A stretch of 63,972 bases of DNA, filler included, from Reticulomyxa filosa (Eukaryota; Protista; Foraminifera): NCBI GenBank assembly GCA_000512085.1. It is 24 parts of 24 records of this genome, joined end to end, with 100 filler letters (N's around TTAATTAATTAA, not from the genome) between each part and the next. Parts side by side here need not be neighbours in the genome. Positions count along the whole stretch, not along the records: positions 1 to 3,169 come from ASPP01026680.1; positions 3,270 to 4,992 come from ASPP01025311.1; positions 5,093 to 6,231 come from ASPP01007812.1; positions 6,332 to 8,762 come from ASPP01007222.1; positions 8,863 to 10,539 come from ASPP01033113.1; positions 10,640 to 11,676 come from ASPP01010202.1; positions 11,777 to 15,455 come from ASPP01034249.1; 17 more parts are not named here. One strand, given 5' to 3'. How positions within the stretch are numbered: the first letter of the stretch is position 1; every line of letters begins with the position of its first letter. Shown here one piece after another: positions 1-13,397 of the stretch. The notes under the pieces are model-generated. The model searched no databases. It was not told the DNA's origin and saw only the letters and a list, made by a program, of their open reading frames with translations. A program made the position numbers and the translations under genes.

Positions 1-34
1 AAAAAAAAAAAAAAAAGATGGTTTGACCAAAACT

Positions 35-720
35 TAATTTGGTTTTTTCTTTTGAGATAAGCCGAAGGCAATTTATGCTTATCCAACACGGAACGAATGA
101 CACCAAATTCGAGTTTGTCCAATTTTTTGGCATCTTTGAGCGAATTGGATGACTTGACAAAAATGTGATAACTATGAAATGTTTCTGTACTTTCAACCTC
201 ATTTTTGCAATACACAAATTCAAAATCTTCCTCTTCTTCTGCTTTTGTCTTCTCACTCTTCCCAAAGTATACTCTCAATGTTTTGTCTATGACTTCATTT
301 AATTATTTGATTTGCTCGACTCCAAGTACTCTTTCACGTCTCGAATGTACAACACATATTGGTGGATGTCTGCTTGAAAGTTAAACGGGTATTCATTCAC
401 ATCCAATCGATAGAGATCCACACTTCCTTTGCTCGTTATTTGTGCTTGTTTCTTATTGTCAAGATCCAACTCAAAATCATAGCCAAATTTTTCTATTAGT
501 ATGTGGTCTTGCCTCGATTCATACACCGTATTTACTTTTTCCTCAAGTACTGATATTCCACTTCTGCGTCAAAGGTCCTTCGAAATGAAACGCTTGCCAG
601 AGTTGTATCTGCCAAATGCTTCTTCAATGATGACCAGCTTACGGTCTCATCCGTATACTCAATACAAAAACGTGATTTCATTGGCAAGGGCAGTGCTTCG
701 ATGCCTGCGAATTTTTAAAA
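35..720 (-). pseudogene. Disrupted coding sequence of unknown family
   Basis: Protein-like ORF 299-526 has an in-frame TGA upstream and continues in another frame (NEVIDKTLRVYFGK...YLKRKNQN*). No intron signals at the breaks. Confidence 0.4.
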
Positions 721-1106
721 TGGGCGCTCTATAAAAAACCCCTTGACACAAAGACGGTTTTTTTCAGTTTTATTTTTCCTTTGGCGGCAACTTTTTGAAA
801 AATGTAAATAGTAATGTATACATTTTTCTGGTCGTATGTTAAAATGTTTCTGAAAATAGTGGAGTGTGTAGCCAAATGCTATCTTTTACATCTTTCTCTA
901 AACAAAATGGTACTTAGGTAACTCAGAAACAAGAATTTGTTAAAAGAGCCTGGTCGATCAGGTCTAAAGCAAATAAAAATGGACGGAAGAAGACCCCGCA
1001 GTTATATAAAATGTAAAGATGCCATCACTTATTTCAACTAAAAAAAAAAGAAGAGCTATTGGACAATCTTTGAAACCGAGAAGTGAATACTGTTCTTTTT
1101 TTTTAA

Positions 1107-1668
1107 TTAGATGGTGTGTTGGAGAACACGATAGCTTTTGTCAGCAACAAAAACAAAGTTGTCTCCCCAAGTGCACATGTCAACAATTCCGTCTTGATCA
1201 TGTCCAGTCCATTCATGACTAGTGTAAATCTGGGCAGTATCCCAATGATCATTGAGTTGCCACCTCCAAACATACCCTTGCTGACTGCAAGCAACAAGGC
1301 CTTGATGTGGGTCTGAAAATAAGCGTTTGATGGCATTGGTGTCTCGTTGCAAGGAGAGAATATATTTGCGAGAGTCAAGTTTACGTAGATCCCAAAGGGA
1401 CACCACTCCGTCGGTGCCTCCAAGTGCAACATAGAGGAGTCCACTACTTTTTGGCTGATACAAAGAGCAGCAAGTTACCGCGTGTCCATCGGAATAAGCT
1501 TCGATATCTGCAACTTCCTCACGACAACGAAGGTCAATCAAAGAGGCGTGTCCATTTTCACGACAAGCAACAACAATCTTACCAGAGGTATTTTTTTCTT
1601 TTGAATCGGTTGTATTCGATTTTATTTCTTTCTTTTCCTCATGGTCATTATCATTATTTTTATTATTA

Positions 1669-1705
<37 letters not shown>

Positions 1706-2702
1706 CATATGTTTTATTTGAAAAAAGAGTCTGTTGTTTGCCAATATCAACTACGGCAATATCGTTAATTTGATTATTTATTGTAAGTGGGAAATACGAA
1801 TGAATGACTTGTTGGGTGCTGCAATCCCATAACTTCACACACCCATCTCTTCCTCCAGACACAATGTTATGTCCATGTTCAATGAATCCAACACTTGTCA
1901 CGTCCGCCAAATGTCCATTACTTTTTTTGTTCTTATCGTTGCCATCATCACCACTCCCATGGGATTTTTGCCCTGCAAATGTCACCGCTGCACATCCACG
2001 CAAATCCGCGATAGCATAAATGTGCATGTCCCCTGTGTTGTGTCCTGCCAATACAAGTTCGCCACTTGGGAAGAATTTCATACACGTTACAATCGCGTTG
2101 GTATTGTTCGTGTTTCCATTTGGACGCAATGTCACGTGGAACTCATTCTTTGTCACATTCCACAGTTCGATCTCACATTGTCGCAATGCAACGTCATGCG
2201 ACTGTGTGGCCATCCCTAAAAACACACACTTGTTGTAATGCTCGGACGCGCCGACACATAAGCAAGATACGTATTTGTTCTTTTTATTCGCGTCGGTTAT
2301 GTCAGTCATGTGGCGCTCTTGTTGCTGCTGTTGTCGTAGTGGAATTCGTCGGTGTGGGGCAATGATGTGACATTCAAAGCTTGAGTCCATGCCCGGGAGA
2401 TTCCACTTACAGGACATGTGGTGCGGGGATATATATTGTAACGCTGCCTTCACTTTCGAATTCACTATTTTCAATTCTGAAATCGTATCCTTCTCGTTCG
2501 ACTCACTCTTCTTTTCTACTATCTCTACATTCGTTGTTTCATACACACGTTCCGTCTCATTTTTATCGTGCTGATGAAACGAAAGCCAGAAGCTTTCCTT
2601 CTTATCTGGTATTTTATCCTTATTATCAGTATCCTTTGCTTGAAATAATGCTAAATGCCAATTATTTTCAATCGTAAGATACGGAGGATTACAGGTTGCC
2701 AT
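1107..2702 (-). CDS. PAAF1: WD40 protein, proteasomal ATPase-associated factor 1 / Rpn14-like
   Basis: Intronless 531 aa. N-terminal IENNW...FWLSF, plus FFPSGELVLAG, GHNIVSGGRDGCVKLWDC and GKIVVACRENG, match PAAF1 motifs. Poly-N insert. Confidence 0.75.
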
Positions 2703-3169
2703 CGGGACAGAATGGCTAGAGTTTTTTTTGAAGCTTACGTCTTTATCTATTTATTTTTTGAAGACAAAAAAAAATCAATAGAGATTGCCAGTTATTGTGA
2801 ATAATAGAATAGAAATTTGATGGAATTGAAGTTTTAAAGACCAGAACCTCAGCAAAACAACCAAAATAAAAAAAAGAGCAAAATAACAACGACAACAATA
2901 ATAATAAAAAACACACAAACAAACGAACAAAACAAAGCAAAGCAAACAAAGTTGGTAGAGCAAAAGTTGCTTTTGATGCCATTGTCGTCAAAAACATTTC
3001 TATCTTTGCCGAGTACTGAAAACAAAACTGCTACTCATCTACAAAAGCCAAATAAAAACAAAGCAAGCACAGCAAAAAGTAGAGTGTGAAAAAAAAAACA
3101 TAAAAAAAAAAGGTAGCAAATAAACAAACAAAGTGAATAAACAAAACAATGGAACCCCAAAAAAAAAAA

Positions 3170-3269
3170 NNNNNNNNNNNNNNNNNNNNNNNNNNNNNNN
3201 NNNNNNNNNNNNNTTAATTAATTAANNNNNNNNNNNNNNNNNNNNNNNNNNNNNNNNNNNNNNNNNNNN
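3170..3269. other. Artificial contig linker (N-run + TTAATTAATTAA + N-run), first of 23; others start at about 4993, 6232, 8763, 10540, 11677, 15456, 17382, 18525, 21683, 23737, 28434, 35558, 37805, 42389, 43941, 45849, 48409, 51988, 57436, 58636, 60330, 62873
   Basis: Identical 100-bp spacer with stops in all six frames. The flanking contig ends are usually homopolymers or microsatellites. Confidence 0.98.
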
Positions 3270-3315
3270 TGACGACGATGATGACGATGAAGATGGCAAT
3301 GAAAATGACAGAGAC

Positions 3316-3353
<38 letters not shown>

Positions 3354-3832
3354 AGAAGAAGAGGACGGAACGAAACGGAAAGAGACACAACAAAATCCAA
3401 GAAGAGAGAAAAAGAAGAATGGCAAGGCCGCATTGACGGACACGACGAGCACTAGCTATGATTCTCATCGTACGTACAACAATGCCAACTCGTTCATCAT
3501 TCCCAGCTCGACCATCAATTCGGAAGCACTTTTCCCCAATTACGCTACTTCCAATTCCAACCCACCTCACAACGTCGTCCATTCCCATGCAAATGGCAAT
3601 CACGTTCACAATGTTAACAATGCTAACAGCACTGACAATACTAACAATGTTAACAACGCCAACAATACTCATCATGCTAATCCAAATCAAAACAACATGA
3701 CAGAGTGGAAAAAGTCCTACGACAGCAATGACGAAGCAGGGTCTTCGTCGTTTTCCTCTTCTCATTCCAACCGACTCTCTTTTTCGAACAATTCCCTTCC
3801 TGTTGTGGACGACCCCTTCAAAAAAGATATCC

Positions 3833-3871
<39 letters not shown>

Positions 3872-4926
3872 GTATTGACAATAACCAAAAGAAACGAATA
3901 CATAAAAAACACAAACAAAGAAAAGATAAATCAAAAAACAAAGAGACAACAGGCGCCGATGCGCTTCCTCCTTTTACCTGTGGAAGCAACTGCGGTGTCA
4001 ATGATTAAAGAGGTAGTGGCAGCAGCGGCGAAAAAAAGACCATTCGAGTGAATACGAATACAAAAGAGGAAGAAGAAGAAGAGGAAGAAGAAGAAGAAGA
4101 AAGAGGAAAAGAAAGAGAAAGAGAGAGAGAAAGAGAAAAGAAAAGAAAAGAAAGAAGGGGAAAAGAGGAGAGTAAGAAGCGGTCGGACAAATCCCAACCA
4201 AAAAATGAAAATGACGGAATTATTATGGTGGCGGCGAAAAGGAAACCGTTGGATTCGATGGACTTTGCGAATAGGGAATACAGTTCCACGGATGAAGACG
4301 TCATGAACTTACTGCCTGGTTTGCCCGACTCGCGAAATGAAGTGGAAGACATCAAAACAGCCACCGTCGTCGATCTTGAAGACGACGGCAGGTATTCTTC
4401 CGCTGCTCAAAATTTAAAGAAGTTGGCCATGGGTATTGGAACACCTGTCAAAGATCTTTACAAACCTCATGTTCATGTTCTCCCTCTTTTCTTTTTCTTT
4501 TTGTGCTTCTTCTTCCTCTTAACTTATGTATATTTATTGGTCGTGTATACGTATCTCCAAAAAAAAAAAAAAAAATTGACAGGGCGACGAGGGCAATGAA
4601 ATAAGTGAAAAGGGGTCACAGAGTGCGGAGAGTACCGATACTGAGTCGGAGGCAGATGCCAAAACAGAATACCAAGAGGAAAAGGAAGAAAAACATATGG
4701 TGCTCGTGGACGACACAGAACTGATCTTCTCCCAAACGTATGACTGGCCAGAGTTTGCAAAAAACCAAAACAGTCGAGGGTTACTCACGCCAAGAAACGG
4801 CAAGGAACATAAAAGCACACAGTTGTCTTTGTCGTTTTTACCAGTGGCAGACGCCAATACAAGTCAAGATATGGGCCAAGGCACGCCTGTTGACAAAGGT
4901 ACATATATACATGTATAAACACACAC

Positions 4927-4960
<34 letters not shown>

Positions 4961-4992
4961 GTGTCTATACAATATGTAAAAACAGAAGAAGA
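3270..4992 (+). CDS. Partial intron-containing low-complexity protein with conserved EYSS..LLP / KKLA / YDWPEFA blocks
   Basis: Open frames 3433-4008, 4048-4470 and 4580-4900. D-, N- and E-rich tracts. Paralogous blocks at 10640-11676. Confidence 0.55.
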
Positions 4993-5092
4993 NNNNNNNN
5001 NNNNNNNNNNNNNNNNNNNNNNNNNNNNNNNNNNNNTTAATTAATTAANNNNNNNNNNNNNNNNNNNNNNNNNNNNNNNNNNNNNNNNNNNN

Positions 5093-6231
5093 GGAAAATG
5101 GGGCATGAGAGATTGTTCTAGATGCTACGTAGAATTTGTATGTGATGCGCGTGGCTTCTATTCGTATGGGTTTCATACGGCATCCAGCTCGAAGAACACC
5201 ACGATGCCAATTTGGCTTCAGCTGTGTGGCAACCCGAACAATTGCACGTCACTTATCGAAAAAACCACAGCCACCAATGCCAACAATTGGTACACGTATT
5301 TCAATTGGTTCACGTCTATTGGCAAGCTGAAGACCATTTACTTTTATTTACAAGTATTCGAATCCATTCCAAATTGGTATGCGTATGACCACCCCCTCTA
5401 CCCCCCCCCCCCCCTTTTTCTATAAAACTTTTGATGTATACGTCTTTAAAAAAAAAAAAACACGTACACATATACATATATAGATATATATATTATACAT
5501 ATATGTATATATATATATATATATATACATAAACAAAAATCGGAATATAGACACATTATATGCCCAAGGGGTGAATTACACGTGTGGTACCACAACGATA
5601 CAAAATGTGAATGGACCAAGCAATGGGTGCGTTGAGGTGACATTTGACATAAGTTCGGGCTCTTGTGTGCTAAAAAAGCAATGTGAATTCCACTTCGTGC
5701 AGTCCATACTCGTCTCTGCCCACAGTGTCCCCATCACAACCGTCAAACTTTCCTTCGCAGTCTCCTGTACGGTCTCCTACGCAACCTCCAATCTCTCCGT
5801 CGACATCAACCTCGATCTCGACCTCGACCTCGACCTCGATATTGACATCGGTTTCACCCTCGAGCCCGACCTCGCCCTCATCTTCATCCTTGCCCTCACT
5901 GTCTTCACCATCATCCTTGCCCTCACTGTCTTTACCATCATTACCGTCATCGGTCCCCTCATCCATTGCCCCGTCGGCGGCGCCCACCACCGCGCAGTCG
6001 CCACAAAGGCTGGAAAAGAAGAAGTCGAAGCAAAGTATCCAATCTTGGGTTTACGGAGTGATCGTGGCTGGTGTGTTGGTGCTCATCTTGGGCGTGGCGT
6101 TGCGACTGTACTTCCAAAAGCGTCAACGGAAGATGCTGGAGCAAACCAAGCAACACCAAGATCAACTTCAGCACCAAGGTGAATTTCATCCTCATTCTGA
6201 CCCTATTTCCAATTCTACCCCCAATCCTACC
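5093..6231 (+). CDS. Partial type I membrane protein: Cys-containing ectodomain, S/P/T-rich stalk, one TM helix, basic tail
   Basis: ORFs 5105-5425, 5571- and 5683-6279. TM WVYGVIVAGVLVLILGVALRLYF is followed by QKRQRK. Probable homopolymer frameshift near 5675. Confidence 0.65.
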
Positions 6232-6331
6232 NNNNNNNNNNNNNNNNNNNNNNNNNNNNNNNNNNNNNNNNNNNNTTAATTAATTAANNNNNNNNNNNNN
6301 NNNNNNNNNNNNNNNNNNNNNNNNNNNNNNN

Positions 6332-7215
6332 TTTTTTTTTTTTTTTTTTTTGCCATTGTTATTTGTGTCTATTATACGTTTGCTCTGCAAACCAAAACAA
6401 GCGAAGCAAAGTTTTTTCCTCTTTCTTGTTGTCTGTATTCAACTGCAGTAGGAGTCGGAATGCCACATCTTCGAACCCAAGTGAAACGAAAGCAAAGAGT
6501 CCAGCTCCAACCACAGACAGCAGATATTGACTTCAATGATCATTGCATCCCATTGCAATTGCATGAACGAGTCGCCCACTGACTTCAGTGACAAGTACAA
6601 AAATGCACACAATAAGAAGAATACTGATGTCGGCAGATAACACGCAAATATTATCGACGCACTGAAAAAACATCCCAAAAAACACACTAAGTGCAACATT
6701 CGATCACTACTGTCCAACCAAAAAATACTTGGAATGTACGCATACTTTCCTATTGTTAAACGTGCCACCTGCGTTTCTGCATCTTTCAATTGTTTTGATA
6801 TTGGCGAAATGCCGTTTTCGCCAATTAGTCCATGTGCCTTTTTTTTTTTTTTTTGTTTGTCATTGCTTTTTAACAACAACATTTCAAAGTACATATGCAT
6901 GTTTGGTCACATTGTGAAGTGTGTAAACAACGACAGATTAAAAAAATAATAATCATAAAATGCTTCACAAATCCCGAGTACCTGAACCCAAAATGACAAA
7001 AAAGCACTGAAATTTATCACTCCCAGCACTCTTTGAAACCAAAATCTGGCAATGACAAAGGTGTGAGAGTGATCGTTAATGTCCGCAAAGAGCATTTGAA
7101 ATAGGACCCACAGGATACCAGCATAACTTATAACTAAAAACATGAAAAATGGACCAGGTTTGGTCAAAAAAAATTCTGCACGACGCTCATGTCGTCGAGA
7201 GGTAAAGCGAGGCAT
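6332..7215 (-). CDS. Lipase maturation factor family protein (5' part)
   Basis: FWFQRVLGVINFSAFLSFWVQ | AHGLIGENGISP, PSIFWL and LYLSLKSVGDSFMQLQWDAMIIE are LMF1/LMF2 motifs. GT-AG intron at about 6840-6981. Confidence 0.9.
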
Positions 7216-8148
7216 TTTACTACGATAAAGGTATATTATATTAATGATTACAATATCAAGACCCCTTTTTCCTGTTAAATTAAGTAAAGGCCAAGAAAAA
7301 TCATTTGGCTGAAAACATTTACAGTAAAATTTTGCTATAAAGCCCATATCAAATAAAGTGTGACAATAAACGTGAAAACGAATATGACTCAAATCAAACA
7401 AATTCCTTTACACTTACTGGCTTCAATACCGCGATAATGACTAATATTATTTCTTCTAAATCGCGGCATCAATTGGAATTCGATGTATTTGACTAAATCC
7501 ACATTCTTTAGGTACTATGTCTTTATTACTATGCTTTAATATTACTTTTTGAAATAAGATTTTTCATCAAATTTCACTAAATTTATCCAATAAGCCAAAA
7601 GAAAATAAAACATAATCGTTTCAAATTCAGTGCAAACAAATGTTATAGGTGTAGGATAAACTTAGTTAAATTTATTGTACTTGTTTGTTGCGAAGTTGAT
7701 CCGTGAAAATTTCCAAAACACAAACATCTTTGTGATTATCATTTAAATATTTGCTAATTGCTCAATTTAGCTGTTAAAAATGATTTTCAAAAATTGTAGA
7801 TTAGTTTTTAACACTTTATTTTGTTTGTGTTTCTTATAATATTTTTTTCTCAAAATTATAATTTAGTTTTATATGTTTTCAAAACTATTTGTTGTATCTT
7901 ATAAATATAATCTTATTATAAGGAAAGTGACGATCTAGAAAGCAATTGCCATTTTTTGCAAAGAAAATTTGACATTCGCATCAACGTCAGAAAGGTATGC
8001 ACGTGTTTTTATTTCTAAAGCGGAGTTTTATGCTAAAACTGAAAAGTGTTTGGGAAGGTAGGGCTGAGTTTGACTAGTTTAAAAAAAATTTTATTGGAAA
8101 GAGAAAGGAGGGTAACTTAACAAACATTAGTGCCCAGTTGGAAAAGGA

Positions 8149-8762
8149 ATGAATTTAGGTTATGTTATTGGGCCTCTGTTGCAATCTGAGCTGTGAGTTA
8201 TTTTCTCTTCACGTGAGCAGTCGTTTTTTTTTCTCCCCCCCTCCAAAAAACAAAACATAAAAATAAAAATGAAGTAATAAAAAAAAAAAAATCAGCGGTC
8301 GTTATTTGGATGGAGATATTGGCAACAATATATCGTTGACAACATCAGGATTGGTATTTGAAGCAAGCGACTTGCGATTGAAAGCAGGAGCACTGGATGA
8401 ATTCGGGTTACCTGTGGCAGTAAAGACAGGTTTTTTGAAGAAGCTGCACATTACTATCTCTTACACCGGCTATGTCAAGGTAACATCCTTTCCTTTGGTC
8501 CCATGATGCTCGTTTTGGCTCAATGTATGATTTGCAAAAAAAAAAAAAAAAAATGCAAATAGACTGATGTAAATGGACTATTCTTAATAGTGCATCCACA
8601 GCATTCCTCTCAGCACTTTGATGCGCAAGCTTACTTGCGACAGCGATTGGCGATCAAAAGAGCACAACTCTACAAAGTAAGACACGAAATGTTGTGTGTG
8701 TGTGCTATGTGTATGTATTGTGGGGTCGGATTGTCAAAAGACATGACACACACACACACAAC
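8149..8762 (+). CDS. VPS13: VPS13-family protein, N-terminal chorein domain (5' part)
   Basis: Spliced MNLGYVIGPLLQSEL|GRYLDGD..DLRLKAGALDEFGLPVAVKTGFLKKLHITI. Intron 8193-8295 (GTGAG..CAG). Confidence 0.7.
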
Positions 8763-10639
8763 NNNNNNNNNNNNNNNNNNNNNNNNNNNNNNNNNNNNNN
8801 NNNNNNTTAATTAATTAANNNNNNNNNNNNNNNNNNNNNNNNNNNNNNNNNNNNNNNNNNNNCTAGTCAATTCGATCAGACCAAATTGTGCTCACAATCA
8901 TAACAGCGGCGAGAGCAGATGGACTCATTAGTTGGAAAACATCGTCATATGGAGTTGGGACAATTGGCAAGATTCTCCCCAGATCAATCACAGACAATGT
9001 AGATCTTGATGCCGCCAAATATAAACGCAAGCTCGCCAAGAAGAAGAAGAAAAAAAAAAAAAAAAAAAAAAGAAAGTGAAAACAATGTGGACATTATGGT
9101 GTATCAACGGCAGCAGTGACCGGACTGCGAATAAATAGAAGACGATGAACAAAATGACACAAACGCTGTTAGAAATAATCAGCATTGTGATCGAGCACAA
9201 GATACCCGGCAAGCAAGAAGCTGAATAGTATGAAGATGGATAAATTTGTTTAAAAGGAAAAAAAAAAAAAAAAAAAAACAGTCAGCGGCCGGCTTATTGA
9301 CTTTAATTGTGAAATGGCTCTTTACGTTTGGAAACGCGCAAAGTCGCCACTCGCGAAAGTGGTTGAACGAATATGGGCAATGTTTATCAACGTATACAGA
9401 TACAAGTCTCTGACGCTTTGCCATGCCAAGAATTATCCGCAAAGTTTTGTGTCCAACTGCGATATGCCGGTGCCAACAAGCAAGTGAAACTCGGTCGTTA
9501 TGGAAATTGCAGAAATTGGGCACCAGTGTCAACACTGGTCGTGTGTGTGTGTGTGTGTGTATGCACATTTGGATTTTGAATCATGTGCGTGCTGATGGGA
9601 AACATCGTAAGCTCGGAGGCGACATGAGCATTGCTAACTCGTGAATAGATAGAGGCTTGTTACATTTTCCGGCTCCATCGTTGCAAGAGTTGTTTGCCTT
9701 GCATTTGTCGGACGAATGCCTATAATCTTTGCCGAAACTGCCTCCATGATCGACTATTGACTACGGACGACGTGTTTGATTGCACTCAAGAAAGGAAGAA
9801 AGAAGAACAATAACAAATACGTCGAAAAAAGAAAATGCAAACGGTACCCTCCCTCACCGGATCGCCAATCCAAAAATTGTTGGATGGACGTATGTTGATA
9901 GATGCGAGAATTTCCAGACACGACAATTATCCAAGGCCAAAGCGTGTTTTTTATCACAAGGGCGACTAGAATGAATGAATTTGTTATTTAGAAAATATCC
10001 ATTGTATGACTGCATTGGAACAGTTCAATCATCGTCGACCTTCTGGATTTTGGCGCTGTCCGACTGCGAAGGCGAGCTTGTCAAAAAGAAATATAAAAAA
10101 AAAAGACGCAAAATAGAAACGATATCGATATTGCGTTATCACAATAACAGCAGCGGCTGGATTGGTAGAAGAAACAGAAGACAAACAAAAAAATGACGCG
10201 GACGTTGCAGGAAATAAATAATCATATATGACTGTCGAGCAAGACACTCTCACATGTAACTATCCTTCCGATATCGTGGCTCAATTTGGTGGAAACTCAA
10301 GCCGACATCACCGGTAAGCAAGAAGAAAAAGACATGAGGAGGAAGATGTGATGATGAATGGATAGAAATCCGAAGGTACAGCGTTGAATTTATTTTAAAA
10401 AGAAAAAAGATCGCCTGCAACTTCAGTTATGAATGGCCCTTCACACCTGCGAGTGGCGGCTTTGCGCGCTTATACATGGACTAATTTTACATAATGCGCC
10501 CCCAATGGAAGCTTCTTGCCAGGTGTAACAATGTCAAATNNNNNNNNNNNNNNNNNNNNNNNNNNNNNNNNNNNNNNNNNNNNTTAATTAATTAANNNNN
10601 NNNNNNNNNNNNNNNNNNNNNNNNNNNNNNNNNNNNNNN

Positions 10640-11676
10640 CGTTTTTTTTTTTTTTTTTTTTAAATCACATATATAACAGTTTGAAGAACGTTCCAACACA
10701 GAGAGCTTATAATAAAAAAAAAAAAAAGCCTCGCGTTTCTGAAATGACTTGGTTCACATTTGTACCGTCCCTGTTCATATCCGGGACAAGTGGAAAGGAA
10801 GTAAGTGCATTCTCATCTTTGTCGGGTTTGGGCGTGAGAATTCGAGTTTTCTTGATTGCAAACTCTGGCCAGTCGTAATGCTGTTGGATGGTCAAATCGG
10901 TATCGTCCACAATTACTGTGTCCGGATCTTCATCCCACTCTTTCTTTTCCTCCGTTTCACCAAGCAACCCACTTTCACTGCTTTCCAAACTTTGCGATTT
11001 TTGTTGGTTGTGCGCTGCGTTGCCCGTCTCATCATCGCCTTCCGTCTTTATTATTTTTGTGAATTTTTTTTTTTTTTTTTTAAAAAAAAATTACCAAATT
11101 CGTTCAAAGTCAATCTCGGTGATAAAATAATAAATTATAGTATATTGCATGTACAAGTTATTCAATTGTGCACGTAAATAATGCAAATAACAAACAAACA
11201 AAAAAAAGTTTTCCTTCCTTTTTTTATTTTTTTTTTTAATTTAAAAAAAAAAAAAAAAAAAAAGGACAGTGGATCATGCCAAAAAATTGATGAGAAGGAG
11301 AAAAAACACAACCAAACACGCGGTTGGATGATATCCTTCATGGCAGTGCCCACAGTCAAAGCGAGCTTTTTGAAGTTTTGTACGGTCGAGTATCTGCTGT
11401 CGTGCTCTGGCTCCAAAAGCGGACTGTTTTTCAAGGTGACGATCGATTGCTTATGAGCGTCGTCGGCGTCGTTTTGTGTGGTGGGCAGACTTGGCAACAG
11501 AGCCATGATGCCTTCTTCACTCGAGGTGTACTCATCGTCCATTTGCGAGTCTTTGGAACCTGCGACCACTATGATCGTTTCTTTTTGCATAGCTGTTGCA
11601 TTTGTGTCTTTGTTCAAAGGAGTGGATCCATCGTTTTTCTTTTTTTTCTTTGCCGTTGTTGTTGTTGTTGTTGTTG
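10640..11676 (-). CDS. Partial protein paralogous to 3270-4992 (YDWPEFA family)
   Basis: EYTSSEEGIMALLPSLP, RYSTVQNFKKLALTVGT and VDDTDLTIQQHYDWPEFA align with the first copy, with a similar intron position. Confidence 0.6.
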
Positions 11677-12409
11677 NNNNNNNNNNNNNNNNNNNNNNNN
11701 NNNNNNNNNNNNNNNNNNNNTTAATTAATTAANNNNNNNNNNNNNNNNNNNNNNNNNNNNNNNNNNNNNNNNNNNNGAATATCAAAATCAGCACAAATTA
11801 ATCACTTTTTTCAAAACAATATTAAGGTTCCTTTAAAACTTTGGACTCTACAAATAGTGACTTACCCTACATTCTCTTTAGAAGATTATCATATAAAAGG
11901 TGTAGTGCAATGCCCTACTAATTACAGGAGAAGCTTCATATGAACGAGGAAACCCTTTTTTCCTCAACAACATTCACTGTCTTTCTTCTTTCACTTTTCT
12001 GTTTTCTTATTTCTTGTCAGTGAATTGTTTATCTTGATTATTTAACTACTTTTGTTTGCCTTTTGAAAACATCTTTCAGTAATTACTTTCTTATCATACT
12101 TGGTGCTACCTCAATCTTCCTACAAAGGTATGTAGATATGCATCTTGTGATTGTGAAAATAAATGATATGAATGTGAAATGTATATATAGAAAAATAATA
12201 GATACATTATCAGCTTATTTACTATTTTTCCAGTTTAACAATACAAAAGTTTATAATAATTAATAATTCAATTCTTTTTCTTTTAAATATTTTTCAACTT
12301 TATCGGTTTGTTTTTTTTTACCAGTCTTAAACATCCTTAAAATTTTCATTAAATTTCAATAAATCATTCTAACCTTGTGTGATATTGATTATTTGTTTGA
12401 TTAAAAATC

Positions 12410-12955
12410 ATGAGCCTGTACGTTAAAGGTAAACGACAAAGCTTCTTTGTGCTCAAGCTCATAATCTCTTCTTTTTTGTTTATTTTGAAAAGAGAGTAGC
12501 ACCAATTGCTCTGATTTGAGCAAATCAGATACGCATACCATAAAAACGAATAATACTACTACAAGCGAATCTGATCAAACTAAAAATGCTGTTACGACTT
12601 CCAAGGATATTGGCTATGGCTCGGACGCTTCGACAAGTTTGGATACTCAGTTGCCAGTTAACAATGTACTTGAAATATAAGTTTCATAGTTCCTTTATTT
12701 CGTCTTGTTTTTTTTTGTTTTATTTTAAAAAATAAGATAAAAGAAAATTAATAATTATATGGCAACGAAAAATATAACGTAATTTTTTTTTTTATCATCT
12801 TAAACAAATAATAATAAATCATCCAGTCAAATGAATTGCAAGACATTAGCACTATCAAATCTAAATACGGAAAGAAGAAACCATCGAAATATGTATCTGG
12901 TAGTCAAAACAGATCTAATGGAAAATCAAATATGGATACAGCTCTTGGTAGCTAA
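12410..12955 (+). CDS. Small S/T/K-rich hypothetical protein (3 exons) in the left palindrome arm
   Basis: MSLYVK|ESSTNCSDLSK...LPVNN|SNELQDISTIKSKYGKKKPSKYVSGSQNRSNGKSNMDTALGS*, assembled with GT-AG introns that keep frame. Confidence 0.45.
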
Positions 12956-13397
12956 CAACACCTGTTCTTTTTATTGAGTTATTTCAATTATTTTACCGCA
13001 TGGAATGATTTTGGAGAGAGGGGGATTTTATGGATTGAAAAATAATGTTGTGTATTTTTGGTGTGAGATTCTTTTACGTTTATATTTTCGTTTTGCTTTC
13101 AAATTATCACAAAAAAAAAGGGCATCCATGAAATGGGTTCATTCAAATCCATAACCCGTTTGTGTAAGATCTAACAAATAAATCAGACTCTAAAAAAAGT
13201 TGGATGATGACCTGTCGACCGAAAAAGAATAAAATCTTTTTTATTCTTAAAACTTGAAAAATAGTATAAGAATGAGGAATACAAACATTTTTTTGAAATC
13301 CATAGAACCCCCTCCAAAATCATTCCACGCAGGTAAAATAATTGAAATAACTCAATAAAAAGACAGAACAAGTGTCGTTGGCAATTAAAAGTTGTAT

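Noticed and set aside
570-590. In-frame TGA as evidence of a variant genetic code or selenocysteine
   Set aside because: The same region also has a frameshift, and TGA terminates intact genes elsewhere (for example 31953, 20913).
3214-3918. Antisense poly-I/L/Y/S ORFs here and at 34414-35241, 53270-54139 and 61007-61593
   Set aside because: Shadow frames of trinucleotide repeats or of real genes on the other strand.
8129-8140. AGTGCCCAGTTG shared with about 28899
   Set aside because: A single 12-bp match is expected by chance in 64 kb.
8863-10539. Possible TMEM145/GPR180-like gene (GWTYVDR, FWILALSDC)
   Set aside because: The fragments could not be spliced into a consistent frame and the motifs are too short. 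Left unannotated.
12063-12263. 66-aa ORF duplicated on both strands
   Set aside because: TTG start and AT-rich composition. The duplication simply reflects the palindrome.
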